In this document: positions 39,817-49,414 of the stretch, piece by piece | Numbering within the stretch: position 1 is the stretch's first letter | How the letters are laid out: each line of letters begins with the position of its first letter | DNA from: Methanomassiliicoccaceae archaeon UBA404 | GTDB taxonomy: Archaea > Thermoplasmatota > Thermoplasmata > Methanomassiliicoccales > Methanomethylophilaceae | Assembly (NCBI GenBank): GCA_002498605.1 | Contig: DAHY01000009.1 | Coordinates: 22,971-86,970, forward strand | Length of the DNA stretch: 64,000 bases | Direction: 5' to 3' | Made by a program: the position numbers and the translations under genes | Notes under the pieces: model-generated | The model's database searches: none | The model's input: the letters and a program-made list of their open reading frames with translations, nothing else | Told to the model about the DNA's origin: nothing

Positions 39817-40092
39817 TATTTGTCATCTCCGAAATTCGAACAATGTTCGGTACCGATTTCTTAAGCGCATACGCTGAAGAAATCCAACAATGTTAGTCGC
39901 AGGATCAACCCACGGATTGAATTCCATGGGGATTTCTTAGCGTATGAGCGGACGGGCACCCGTATTGTGCGGGATGCGGAGCGTCCTATTTTCTGATCGG
40001 CACGAATCTGCTCCGAACTCAGGACGCAAACAGATACAGAATACCTGTTTTCGTCAAGGCGTGCTTTGCCACACTCAGCATCATATATAAAT
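39817..40092 (-). promoter_or_regulatory. promoter plus ~245-nt structured 5' leader of the opuA/proU operon
   Basis: Minus-strand TTTATATA at ~40084-40091; several long, mutually exclusive stems; RBS GGAG before the ATG. Confidence 0.6.
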
Positions 40093-40253
40093 TATAGGGT
40101 TTTTTGGTATTTTCGCCGATATTCCGGCTATCCAGTTAAAACAACCGACTTATCGTTATGTGTATATTCAATCGTGATTTGATTTTTGTAAATGTATAAA
40201 ATCCTTATTTTCTCGCATTAATTTTTAATTGCGTTAAACGTATTAACAGACGT

Positions 40254-40323
40254 ACGTTGTTTGATGTAATAAAATTGCAGTGAGATAAATCCGGGAATAC
40301 CCAATAAAACGTTGTTTGATGTA
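40254..40323. repeat. 15-bp exact direct repeat ACGTTGTTTGATGTA (x2)
   Basis: Copies at 40254-40268 and 40309-40323. Confidence 0.7.
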
Positions 40324-40493
40324 TTGAATTCATAAAATGTCTTGATTCAATGTCGAATATACTGTCAAATGTACGATTATGAAAATCAACTTAATTCGCG
40401 TATATTTTACGTTAAAAGCAGTGAATGAGTAAATTTAATACGAAAATCGTAGAATAGTTGAGTTTATATACAATGAACACGTTAGTATGTTCT

Positions 40494-40695
40494 GAGGTGA
40501 GACCCAATTTCAAAACGCAAAGTAACTAAGATCTGCGGCGAGGACATGAACGGAGTAACGTATCCCTTGGTAGAGAAATGGCCGGTTGGTACCTCTCGAT
40601 GGGATTGATGCTCACATCGTGTCTGTAAGACTCGACTGATGACCGCGACAAACCCCTGCCGCGAGGCAGGGCACTTACCTCCATGGGCTTTTTTC
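40494..40695 (+). ncRNA. putative ~190-nt structured RNA (ncRNA or leader)
   Basis: TTTATATA at 40463; closing stem GAGGTGAG/CTTACCTC; CCCTGCC-GCGA-GGCAGGG GNRA hairpin; T-tract at ~40689. Confidence 0.55.
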
Positions 40696-40762
40696 TGCAT
40701 ATTGCTTTTTCTGTATGTTCAATCGTAACGATTCAATATAACCGTAACAATCTTTATTTGCT

Positions 40763-41506
40763 ATGGACGAAGGGATTCGTGAGAAAATATCTGAAATATG
40801 GCCGTACTTTACTGTTGCCGATGCCACAGCATGGGATACGGATCCGTTTGTTTCGTCTTTGATTCCGTCTTCGCAAAGACCTAAATCCATATTGCCTTCG
40901 GCCAAATCGGTAATTGTTGTAAGGACTCCGGTGTCTCCGACGATACTGCATACAGCCCCTTCAATCTTTTACAAAGAACATTACAAAACACTCAATATAC
41001 AATTGGATTTGATTGCTCAGCAAATCGCAACCCTTTTGGATGCCGAAGGATTCGATGCCGTTCCGGTTGCCCGGGACGGATATCAAGGCATCAGAGGATT
41101 GAAAGAAGATTCCTCTTCTTTTTTTTCACACCGTCACGCCGCGTACCTTTCCGGATTGGGAACTTTCGGATTGAACAATACCTTATTGACAAAAACCCAT
41201 GGACCCAGAGTCAGACTGACGTCCATAATAACCTCGGCTGAACTGAAACCGGGAACACCGTTGAAGGAAGATATATGCATAAAATGCGGAAAGTGCGTTT
41301 CATCTTGCCCTGCAAATGCTTTGAACGGCGATATGTACCCCGGCGGATTGGATAAAATGTCATGCGTCGGCAGAACCGAAAAACTGGCCGAAAGAGGAAT
41401 CACCCCCTGCGGAATATGCATAGCAGTCTGCCCCATAGGAAAAAGAGTCATTCCGCCTTCCGAAGAATTTGTGAAATCGGTTCAAAAATATGAGCTTAGA
41501 AACTGA
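40763..41506 (+). CDS. QueG/reductive dehalogenase-like 2x[4Fe-4S] protein
   Basis: AKSVIV, FSHRHAAYLSGLGTFG.N, GPRVRL, CxxCxxCxxxCP and CGICIAVCP. Confidence 0.85.
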   Translation: MDEGIREKISEIWPYFTVADATAWDTDPFVSSLIPSSQRPKSILPSAKSVIVVRTPVSPTILHTAPSIFYKEHYKTLNIQLDLIAQQIATLLDAEGFDAVPVARDGYQGIRGLKEDSSSFFSHRHAAYLSGLGTFGLNNTLLTKTHGPRVRLTSIITSAELKPGTPLKEDICIKCGKCVSSCPANALNGDMYPGGLDKMSCVGRTEKLAERGITPCGICIAVCPIGKRVIPPSEEFVKSVQKYELRN

Positions 41507-41616
41507 ATTCATGGACAATCGTGTTGTTTTCCATGGACATAACAATTATAAAATTTAGTAAATGAGAATAACAATGATTAATAAGTATTATATAGTATAA
41601 CCAATATGTTATAAAC

Positions 41617-41892
41617 ATGTCTTTGCAGTGGTTTCAAGGTGCCAGTGAGGAAGAATACGCCCTGACTGTCTACAGATTACAGGAGAAATGCGGTTTAACC
41701 TTCAGAGAAGCGATTGCCGTGTTGAACCCCAATCATTTTTTCGGAAGCCTTGCCGAACAATGGGACATAACCAAGGAAGCGGTCCATAACCTCAACAGAC
41801 GCGGATGGGACAAAGTTTGGAACACGGTGGGCGAAGAAAATTGGGATGCCGTTGACGAACTTGTGCCAACTTGTTTCACTCATTCGTTCTAA
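41617..41892 (+). CDS. small HTH protein (sigma70 region 4-like)
   Basis: GLTFREA...LAEQWDITKEAVHNLNRRGWDK; TATA about 25 nt upstream (leaderless). Confidence 0.65.
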   Translation: MSLQWFQGASEEEYALTVYRLQEKCGLTFREAIAVLNPNHFFGSLAEQWDITKEAVHNLNRRGWDKVWNTVGEENWDAVDELVPTCFTHSF

Positions 41893-41965
41893 AAAAACCA
41901 TAATCGGATGATTATATGTCATATTCGCTTTTTCTCGCGATACTATTACAGGTCTGGAATGGTGA

Positions 41966-42041
41966 TGGTGGGCCCGCCCGGATTTGAACCGGAGTCAATA
42001 GCTCCCGAAGCTACTAGCATACCAAGCTAACCCACGGGCCC
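41966..42041 (-). tRNA. tRNA-Pro(CGG), CCA encoded
   Basis: Reverse complement GGGCCCG...GTAGC-TTCGGGA-GCTAT...GGTTCAAATCC..CGGGCCCACCA. Confidence 0.95.
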
Positions 42042-42091
42042 AGTGCTCTGATGTATCAGGCACTATGATTAATACATTTGCTTTGAAGACT

Positions 42092-44725
42092 TTACGAGAT
42101 CATATTCCTCAGTACATATTGCAGAATGCCGCCGTTGGACAGATAGTCTATTTCTGCCGGCACATCGGCTCTGCAAACAATCTCAAACTCAAGCTTCTGC
42201 CCTCCGCGGTAAGCGGTGACGGGGACTATGGAACCAGGTTCGATGTCTTCCAGATATATGTCGAAAGTCTCGGTGCCGTCAAGACCCAGAGTCCCGGCGT
42301 TCTGCCCGTCCAAATACTGCAACGGGAAAATACCCATTCCGATAAGATTGGATCTGTGAATTCTTTCGTAGGACTCCGCGATAACGGCTTTTATTCCCAA
42401 CAAAAGAGGCCCTTTGGCCGCCCAGTCTCTGGAGCTTCCCGTGCCGTATTCTTTTCCCGCAAGAACAATCAGCGGAGTTCTGTCTTCGATATATCTTTCG
42501 GAAGTTTCGAATATCGTTCCTTTTTCGTTTTCGGGGAAATAAACGGAATGACTTCCCTCCGAACCGGGAACCAGTTTGTTCTTCAGCCTTATGTTGGCGA
42601 AGGTTCCGCGAACCATAATCTCGTGGTTGGCTCTTCTGGATCCGTAGGAGTTAAAATCTTCTTTCCGTACCCCCCGTTCTTTAAGATAAATTCCCGCATC
42701 GCTGTTTTCGGAGAAAGATCCGGCGGGGGATATGTGATCCGTCGTAATCGTGTCTCCAAGCACCGCAATGCATCTGGCACTCCGTATGTCTTTGATTTCC
42801 GGATCCTCGAATATATCTTCAAAGAACGGCGGTCTGCGTATGTATGTGGATTCTTCGTTCCAATCAAACAACGGCGATTCTTTGTACGGGACCGCGTCCC
42901 ACCTTTCCGAACCTCGGAAGATGTTTTTGTATTCTTTGACAAAAGTTTCGGAGTTAACGTATTCCTTTTGTATTCTTTCCACTTCCCCGTCTTCCGGCCA
43001 GATATCTTTCAGGAAAACCTCTTTGCCTTCGAACATACCCAGAGGTTCGGTTTCAAAGTCGATGTCCACTCTTCCCGCGATGGCATAGGCAATCACCAGC
43101 GGCGGGGAAGCGATATAGTTGGCCTTTACCAAAGCGTGAATCCTTCCTTCGAAATTACGGTTGTTGGACGCAACGGCGGCAACCGCCAAATCATTGTCGA
43201 CAATCTGTTTCGATACTTTCGGGGACAAAGGTCCGCTGTTGCCGATGCAGGTCATGCACCCGTAACCGCATACGTGGAATCCCAGATCTTCCATGTAATT
43301 CAGGAGTCCGGATTTTCTCAGATATTCCGTAACGACCTTTGAACCGGGAGCCAGTGAGGTTTTGACATAATCTTTTTTGGTCAGCCCCAGCATTCTGGCG
43401 TTCTTTGCCAATACTCCCGCGGCAATCATTACTGACGGATTGGCGGTGTTTGTGCATGAAGTGATGGATGCTATTACGACGGAACCGTCTCCCAATTTTT
43501 CCGAAGACGGCATTCTTCTTTTCGGTACGTTCAAATCTTTCAGCGTATCGTTGAAAGCGTCTTTCATCTTTGACAGAGGGATGCGGTCCTGAGGCCTCTT
43601 ATGGCCTGCGAGAGAAGGTTCCACATCGTTCAGGTCAAGTTCCAGAACATCGGTGTATTCGGCTTCGCCGTTGTACCAAAGAGTTTGTTCCTTAGCATAT
43701 TTTTCGATTGTATCGATGTGTTCCGGTTTTCTTCCGGTCAGTTTCAGATACTCTATTGTTTTACTGTCGATGGGACAGAATCCCATGGTGGCCCCGTACT
43801 CGGGAGCCATGTTCGACAGAGTGGAACGGTCCGCCAAATCAAGATTTTCGTAACCGGGACCGCAGAATTCCACGAATTTGCCCACGACGCCTTTTTCTCT
43901 GAGCATCTGTACGCAGGTAAGCACAAGGTCGGTAGCGTTTATGCCCGGCCTCAGTTTGCCTTTGAGTCTGAACCCTATAACATCGGGAAGACTCATGAAA
44001 CTGGGCTGTCCCACCATTACGGCTTCGGCTTCAATACCGCCGACACCCCAGCCCACCACGCCCAGACCATTGATCTGAGGCGTATGGGAATCGGTTCCGA
44101 AACAGGAGTCGGGATAAGCAACGTTACGGCCTTCTTTCTCGGAAAGATGGACCACGGGCGAAAGATATTCGAGATTGACCTGATGACATATCCCGTTGCC
44201 CGGAGGCACAACACGGAAATTTCCGAAAGAATTCTGAGCCCATTTGAACAGTGCGTATCTTTCTTTGTTTCTTTCGAATTCCAACTCTTCGTTCAGATTC
44301 CGGGCTTCCGGTTCTCCGGAGTAATCGGTTTGAACCGAATGGTCTATTACCAAGTCCACGGGAACCAGAGGGTCGATGACTGTGGGGTCCAATCCCATAT
44401 CGGCAACCGAATCCCTCATGGCCGCCAAATCCGCAACGGCGGCACCGCCGGTAAGATCCTGCAACAGTACTCTTGCGGGTATCCACGGCACATCTTCGTC
44501 AGATCTGTTCTTCGGTTTCCACGAAGATGCGGTTATCACGTCTTTGTCGGTGATGGTTTTTCCGTCTCTCTGCCTGAGCATCGATTCAACAATTACTTTG
44601 ATGGAATAGGGCATTTTGGAAAGGTTTTCGATTATACCCTTCTCTTCGAGTTCCCTGAGACTGTAAACATCTATTTCTCCCTCGTCGGTGACGATGGTTC
44701 TGATGCACTTTCCTATCTCTTTCAT
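42092..44725 (-). CDS. acnA: aconitate hydratase AcnA
   Basis: RVLLQD, DLVIDHSVQ, GTDSHT, ITSCTNT, GYGCMTCIGNSG, NRNFEGR, GSSRDWAAKG. Confidence 0.96.
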   Translation of the reverse strand: MKEIGKCIRTIVTDEGEIDVYSLRELEEKGIIENLSKMPYSIKVIVESMLRQRDGKTITDKDVITASSWKPKNRSDEDVPWIPARVLLQDLTGGAAVADLAAMRDSVADMGLDPTVIDPLVPVDLVIDHSVQTDYSGEPEARNLNEELEFERNKERYALFKWAQNSFGNFRVVPPGNGICHQVNLEYLSPVVHLSEKEGRNVAYPDSCFGTDSHTPQINGLGVVGWGVGGIEAEAVMVGQPSFMSLPDVIGFRLKGKLRPGINATDLVLTCVQMLREKGVVGKFVEFCGPGYENLDLADRSTLSNMAPEYGATMGFCPIDSKTIEYLKLTGRKPEHIDTIEKYAKEQTLWYNGEAEYTDVLELDLNDVEPSLAGHKRPQDRIPLSKMKDAFNDTLKDLNVPKRRMPSSEKLGDGSVVIASITSCTNTANPSVMIAAGVLAKNARMLGLTKKDYVKTSLAPGSKVVTEYLRKSGLLNYMEDLGFHVCGYGCMTCIGNSGPLSPKVSKQIVDNDLAVAAVASNNRNFEGRIHALVKANYIASPPLVIAYAIAGRVDIDFETEPLGMFEGKEVFLKDIWPEDGEVERIQKEYVNSETFVKEYKNIFRGSERWDAVPYKESPLFDWNEESTYIRRPPFFEDIFEDPEIKDIRSARCIAVLGDTITTDHISPAGSFSENSDAGIYLKERGVRKEDFNSYGSRRANHEIMVRGTFANIRLKNKLVPGSEGSHSVYFPENEKGTIFETSERYIEDRTPLIVLAGKEYGTGSSRDWAAKGPLLLGIKAVIAESYERIHRSNLIGMGIFPLQYLDGQNAGTLGLDGTETFDIYLEDIEPGSIVPVTAYRGGQKLEFEIVCRADVPAEIDYLSNGGILQYVLRNMIS

Positions 44726-44850
44726 TCTATCTCCCTGCCCGCATTAATACCGCGGAATATAATAAAGAGTCGTAAACGGAAACACGAGAAAGAATATCTT
44801 AAGATGTTTTAAATAAAAAAACCCGGCCCGATTGCCGGGATATTTGAATT

Positions 44851-45252
44851 TCACTTGCCTTCTTCTTCATCCCACTCTTTGAAAAGCTGGACGATTCCCT
44901 TTTTGGCAATGGACCAGCTGGGAACTCCGCCGGTTAGAACGGCGACCTGAACGGCTTCAAGAATCTCGGCTCTGGTGGCGCCGTAGTTCTTCGCCACTTT
45001 GGCCTGTGCGTATACACAGTCGTCGCAGGCTCTCACGCATACGCAGGCGAGAGCTATGAGTCTCTTGGTTTTCATATCCAGGGCTCCCTCGGACAGAATG
45101 GCATCATCCAAATCCCGGATGATATCCACAAAACCCGGAGTGAGGTCCTTTATGGCTTTCAGTGTGTTGGGTGCAAAATCACCCATGATTCTGCGCATTT
45201 CACAAAAAGACGCAGGATCTTTCCTTCCACAAGTTTCATTGTTGTCGGACAT
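44851..45252 (-). CDS. carboxymuconolactone decarboxylase/AhpD family protein
   Basis: GALDMKTKRLIAL...CDDC...GATRAEILEA. Confidence 0.88.
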   Translation of the reverse strand: MSDNNETCGRKDPASFCEMRRIMGDFAPNTLKAIKDLTPGFVDIIRDLDDAILSEGALDMKTKRLIALACVCVRACDDCVYAQAKVAKNYGATRAEILEAVQVAVLTGGVPSWSIAKKGIVQLFKEWDEEEGK

Positions 45253-45314
45253 AGTGTGGATATAGACTCGGTTACTTTATGTAATCATCGTAATTAACAG
45301 CATTTAAACTGTTT

Positions 45315-46088
45315 TTATGACAGGCGAAACATTTCTTCGGATACGATTTTTTCAAGAACCTCAAAATTTTCCTTGCGGTTCGAGGCAATAATGGGGCATT
45401 CTTTGTCGTAAGATTCTTTTTCCTTGACGGAACCCACGAATCCTCCCGCCTCTCTTACAATCAAAGCACCGGCGGCAAAATCCCAGGGTTGCAGCGAAGC
45501 CTCGTAGTAAATGTCTATCCTTCCTTCGGCAAGCAGACACAATTCATAAGCCGCGGTACCGAATCTGCGTATGTCCTCGCAGAGGGGAAACATACGTTCC
45601 GAAATCCGGAAACACATGGAAGCCCGTTCTTTTTTGTAAGCGCTCCAGGAAGTGCAGAACATCGAATTGGCAAGGGGCCGGTCCGAAACGTGAATTCTAT
45701 TATTTCCGGAATATGCGCCCTTATCTTTTTCGGCACGGAACATTTCGTCCGTGTAAGGTTGATAGACAAATCCCAGAGCGGGAGTTCCGTTCTCGGTCAA
45801 CGCGACCGATATCGTGCTTACTTTCAGATCTCTGGCATAGTTTGCCGTGCCGTCGATCGGGTCAACGATCCATCTGTATTTTCCTTCGCCTTCTCCGCCG
45901 TCTTCTTCGCCGATAAACGAAGATCCCGGAAGAATTTCCGTTAACTTTTTTCTGAGGAATCTTTCCACCTCGTAATCGGCACTGGTTGCAATATTTTCTC
46001 TGGTTCCTTTGGTTTTTATAATCAGGTTTTCCCGGTTCAGCATAATGTTTCCGGCGGCGCGGATTATTTTTTCGATATCGTCAATCAT
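45315..46088 (-). CDS. inositol monophosphatase family protein
   Basis: GEE, WIVDPIDGTANY, WDFAAG. Confidence 0.92.
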   Translation of the reverse strand: MIDDIEKIIRAAGNIMLNRENLIIKTKGTRENIATSADYEVERFLRKKLTEILPGSSFIGEEDGGEGEGKYRWIVDPIDGTANYARDLKVSTISVALTENGTPALGFVYQPYTDEMFRAEKDKGAYSGNNRIHVSDRPLANSMFCTSWSAYKKERASMCFRISERMFPLCEDIRRFGTAAYELCLLAEGRIDIYYEASLQPWDFAAGALIVREAGGFVGSVKEKESYDKECPIIASNRKENFEVLEKIVSEEMFRLS

Positions 46089-46203
46089 CTTGTTTCAGTC
46101 ATTCACGCATCGGATAAGGGAATAATAGCAGTTTCCTCGAAACCGTTCTGTTTTTCATGATTTACACATTCAATTTTTAACCCTTGAAGAGAGTACACAA
46201 GCG

Positions 46204-47601
46204 ATGGACGACGACACCTGGTGGGATTTGGTCAATAAACTGACAGAGGTCCAGAGGGAACTTTTTGAAAAAAAGATACCCGCGCTGATAATTCTGGAAG
46301 GATGCAGCGGCAGAGTCATAGGACGGGTGGCGGGGGATCTTTTGAACAAATTGGAACCCAGAGGCGTAAAATACACTCATTTTCAACCCGAAGATCTCTT
46401 CTGTCCCGAGTTGAGTCTCCGCTTCTTGGAGGCTACGCCCGCAAAAGGTCAGCTCGCGGTTTACGACAGGGGATGGTATTCCCATGTGGCGGAAAATCTT
46501 GAAGGGATGTCGGACGAGAGATTGGAAAACAACATAAACGAAATCAACGATTTTGAAAAATATCTGGTTTATAACGGGGTTCTGCTTGTAAAGCTGTTTT
46601 TGACCGCAGAACCGGATAAAGCGGAAACACTGGCTGACGCCTTCGGACCCAGGCACAAAAAGAAATCCTTCCTGAACGACGACTATGTGGACGTGAACGT
46701 ATACACCGGAGAACGGATGAAACGCATCATCAAAAAAACCGATACGCCTTACGCAAAATGGTCGATGATCGATATCGAAGATCCCGAACGGACGGCGTAC
46801 AACAGCATTTACGCGATAACGAACGCGCTGAATCATAAACTGAGATACGTCCCCGCTCCGAGAGATGAAGAAATCCCGAGAATTTATGATAATCCGCGTA
46901 AAACGGTTGACCTGACCCTCGAAGCCGAAGATTACGACATCAAACTGAAAGAATATTCGAAGGAACTGATTAATCTTCAATCGAAACTGGCGGTGAGCAG
47001 CCGTTCCCTGATTGTTATATTCGAAGGCAGAGATGCCGCCGGCAAAGGCGGCAGCATAAAACGTCTTGCCCATGCCTTGAATCCCAGAGGTTATGTTGCC
47101 AAACCCATAGGCGTTCCCACCGACGATGACAGCAATCATACGTATCTGTGGAGATTCTGCAAAGAGATGCCCTGCTACGGCAGGATAACGATATTCGACC
47201 GCAGTTGGTACGGAAGAATGATGGTCGAACCCATTGAAGGGTTCTGCACCGAAGACGAATACCGCCGTTCCGCCGAAGAAATAAACTGGTTCGAAAAAAT
47301 TCTTACGGATTCCGGCGCCGTCATAATCAAATTCTGGATGGAAATCAGCAAAGAAGAACAACTGTTCCGGTTTACCAAACGTCTTGAAAACCCCCTCAAG
47401 GAATGGAAGATTACAGACGAGGATTGGAGAAATCGGGCCAAGTGGGAAATTTACGACGAATACGTGGATAGAATGATTGAGAGCACGAACACGCCCTACG
47501 CCCCATGGTTCGTCGTTGAATCCGAGCAGAAAAAATACGGTCGTCTTAAGGTTTTGAAAACAGTCATAGACGAATTGAAAAAGGCTCTGAAAATTGAGTG
47601 A
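46204..47601 (+). CDS. ppk2: two-domain polyphosphate kinase 2 (polyP:AMP phosphotransferase)
   Basis: C-domain FEGRDAAGKGG, FDRSWYGR, WKITDEDWRNR; degenerate N-domain. Confidence 0.9.
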   Translation: MDDDTWWDLVNKLTEVQRELFEKKIPALIILEGCSGRVIGRVAGDLLNKLEPRGVKYTHFQPEDLFCPELSLRFLEATPAKGQLAVYDRGWYSHVAENLEGMSDERLENNINEINDFEKYLVYNGVLLVKLFLTAEPDKAETLADAFGPRHKKKSFLNDDYVDVNVYTGERMKRIIKKTDTPYAKWSMIDIEDPERTAYNSIYAITNALNHKLRYVPAPRDEEIPRIYDNPRKTVDLTLEAEDYDIKLKEYSKELINLQSKLAVSSRSLIVIFEGRDAAGKGGSIKRLAHALNPRGYVAKPIGVPTDDDSNHTYLWRFCKEMPCYGRITIFDRSWYGRMMVEPIEGFCTEDEYRRSAEEINWFEKILTDSGAVIIKFWMEISKEEQLFRFTKRLENPLKEWKITDEDWRNRAKWEIYDEYVDRMIESTNTPYAPWFVVESEQKKYGRLKVLKTVIDELKKALKIE

Positions 47602-47664
47602 TTACGTCGAACGACGACACCATGGTTCGACATTATTAAATAAGAAATTCCCTGTCTCGCAAAT

Positions 47665-48357
47665 ATGACGGAGGAATTCGGCGAAAAAATCGCCGGTGAT
47701 ATAGCGATGTCCTCGGAACCGGGGAAGACCATCCGCAAATGGAGAGAAGAATTCTCTCTGTCGCAGCAACAGCTTGCGGACAGCATGGGTGTCTCCAATT
47801 CCGTGATAAGCGACTATGAATCCGGAAGACGGAAATCACCGGGTGTGGCCGTTATCAAAAAGATGGTTGAATCCTTAATCTCGCTGGACGCGATGAACGG
47901 ATATCCCGTTGCTTCGAGATACCGGCCGGAAGCCAGAGACGAATGTATTCTGGCCATGGAGGAGTTTGACGGAGGCGTGGATTCGGAAAGATTCATAGAA
48001 ATCATTGCCGGAAAAAACATAAATCCCGACAAAATGCCTTCCAGGAAAATCTACGGATACACGATTGTGGATTCCATGAAGGCCATAGTGAATCTGAGTT
48101 CGGAAGACTATCTGAAGATATACGGTTGGAACATAGAGCGCGCATTGATTTTTACTGATGTGCATTTCGGAAGGTCGCCCATGGTTGCAATCAGAGCGCA
48201 TCCTTTGACGCCGGGAATGGTAGTTTACCAAAACCCCGAAAATACCGATCTTTTGGCCATCAAGCTGGCCAAACTGGAGAAGATACCTCTGGTCACAACC
48301 AAACTGACAGTCGAACAGTTAACCCAACGTTTGAATAAACTTAAGGAAGGGAATTGA
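47665..48357 (+). CDS. XRE-HTH + DRTGG-like transcriptional regulator
   Basis: IRKWRE...SVISDYESGRRKSPG, RALIFT.V..GRSPMVAIR. Confidence 0.87.
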   Translation: MTEEFGEKIAGDIAMSSEPGKTIRKWREEFSLSQQQLADSMGVSNSVISDYESGRRKSPGVAVIKKMVESLISLDAMNGYPVASRYRPEARDECILAMEEFDGGVDSERFIEIIAGKNINPDKMPSRKIYGYTIVDSMKAIVNLSSEDYLKIYGWNIERALIFTDVHFGRSPMVAIRAHPLTPGMVVYQNPENTDLLAIKLAKLEKIPLVTTKLTVEQLTQRLNKLKEGN

Positions 48358-49410
48358 ATGGATGTAGGAATTGTAAGTTACGGAGCGTACGTGCCGCGTT
48401 TCAGAATCAAACCCGAAGAAATCGGGAGGGTCTGGGGCGTTGACGGCGTAGGCATGGGAAGAGGACTGAGAATAGAAGAGAAAGCAGTCCCCTCGCCCGA
48501 CGAGGATGTTATAACGATATCCGCGGAGGCGGCGAGATATATGATGGACAGAGTCCCCGACGTGAACCCGCAGGATATCGGAGCCGTTTACGTGGGTTCG
48601 GAGTCGCACCCTTACGCTGTGAAACCCACATCCGGAACCATTGCGGAGGTAATCAAAGCCACCCCTGCGCTGACTGCCGCGGATTTGGAATTCGCCTGTA
48701 AAGCCGGTACCGCCGGAATTCAGATGTGCGCCGGACTCGTGGGTTCGGGAATGATCCGCTACGGAGTGGCAATCGGAGCCGACACATCCCAGGGCGCTCC
48801 CGGAGATGCACTGGAATATTCTGCTTCCGCCGGAGGAGCCGCATTCCTTATAGGTTCGGAAAAAATAATCGCAAAAATCAACAAAACTTTGAGTTTCACA
48901 ACCGACACCCCCGACTTTTGGAGGAGGGAAGGTCAGCCCTATCCCCGTCACGGAGGCAGATTTACCGGAGATCCCGCGTATTTCAGACATATAACCTCCG
49001 CGGCAAAGATGATGTTCGAAGAAATGGGCACCGCTCCCGAAGATTACAATCACGCAGTCTTCCACCAACCCAACGGAAAGTTCCCGGAAAGGGTCGCAAA
49101 GACATTGGGATTCACCCCCGAACAGATTAAAAACGGTCTGCTGACCCCGTACATCGGAAACACATACAGCGGTGCCGTACCCATCGGACTTTCCGGGGTT
49201 CTTGACAAAGCAAAACCCGGCGACAGAATATTCGTCGTGTCCTACGGATCCGGAGCGGGCAGCGATGCCTTCGACATAACCGTTACGGATGAAATCAAAA
49301 ATTACAAAAAAGAGAACGCGCCCACTTTGGACAAGGTTCTCGAAAACCCGGTGTACATCGACTACGCAATGTATGCGAAGTACAAGGGAATCATAATTAT
49401 GCCGGAGTGA
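48358..49410 (+). CDS. archaeal hydroxymethylglutaryl-CoA synthase
   Basis: [19 protein letters not shown] (catalytic Cys), [18 protein letters not shown]. Confidence 0.96.
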   Translation: MDVGIVSYGAYVPRFRIKPEEIGRVWGVDGVGMGRGLRIEEKAVPSPDEDVITISAEAARYMMDRVPDVNPQDIGAVYVGSESHPYAVKPTSGTIAEVIKATPALTAADLEFACKAGTAGIQMCAGLVGSGMIRYGVAIGADTSQGAPGDALEYSASAGGAAFLIGSEKIIAKINKTLSFTTDTPDFWRREGQPYPRHGGRFTGDPAYFRHITSAAKMMFEEMGTAPEDYNHAVFHQPNGKFPERVAKTLGFTPEQIKNGLLTPYIGNTYSGAVPIGLSGVLDKAKPGDRIFVVSYGSGAGSDAFDITVTDEIKNYKKENAPTLDKVLENPVYIDYAMYAKYKGIIIMPE

Positions 49411-49414
49411 TAAC

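Noticed and set aside
40636..40652. CTGATGA resembling a hammerhead core or box C/D
   Set aside because: No stem II followed by GAAA, and no properly placed box C/D pair
40482..40700. 72-aa minus-strand ORF
   Set aside because: No motif; antisense to the structured element that has a plus-strand TATA
46204..46900. Degenerate Walker A in the PPK2 N-domain
   Set aside because: An inactive N-terminal domain is known in two-domain class II PPK2 enzymes
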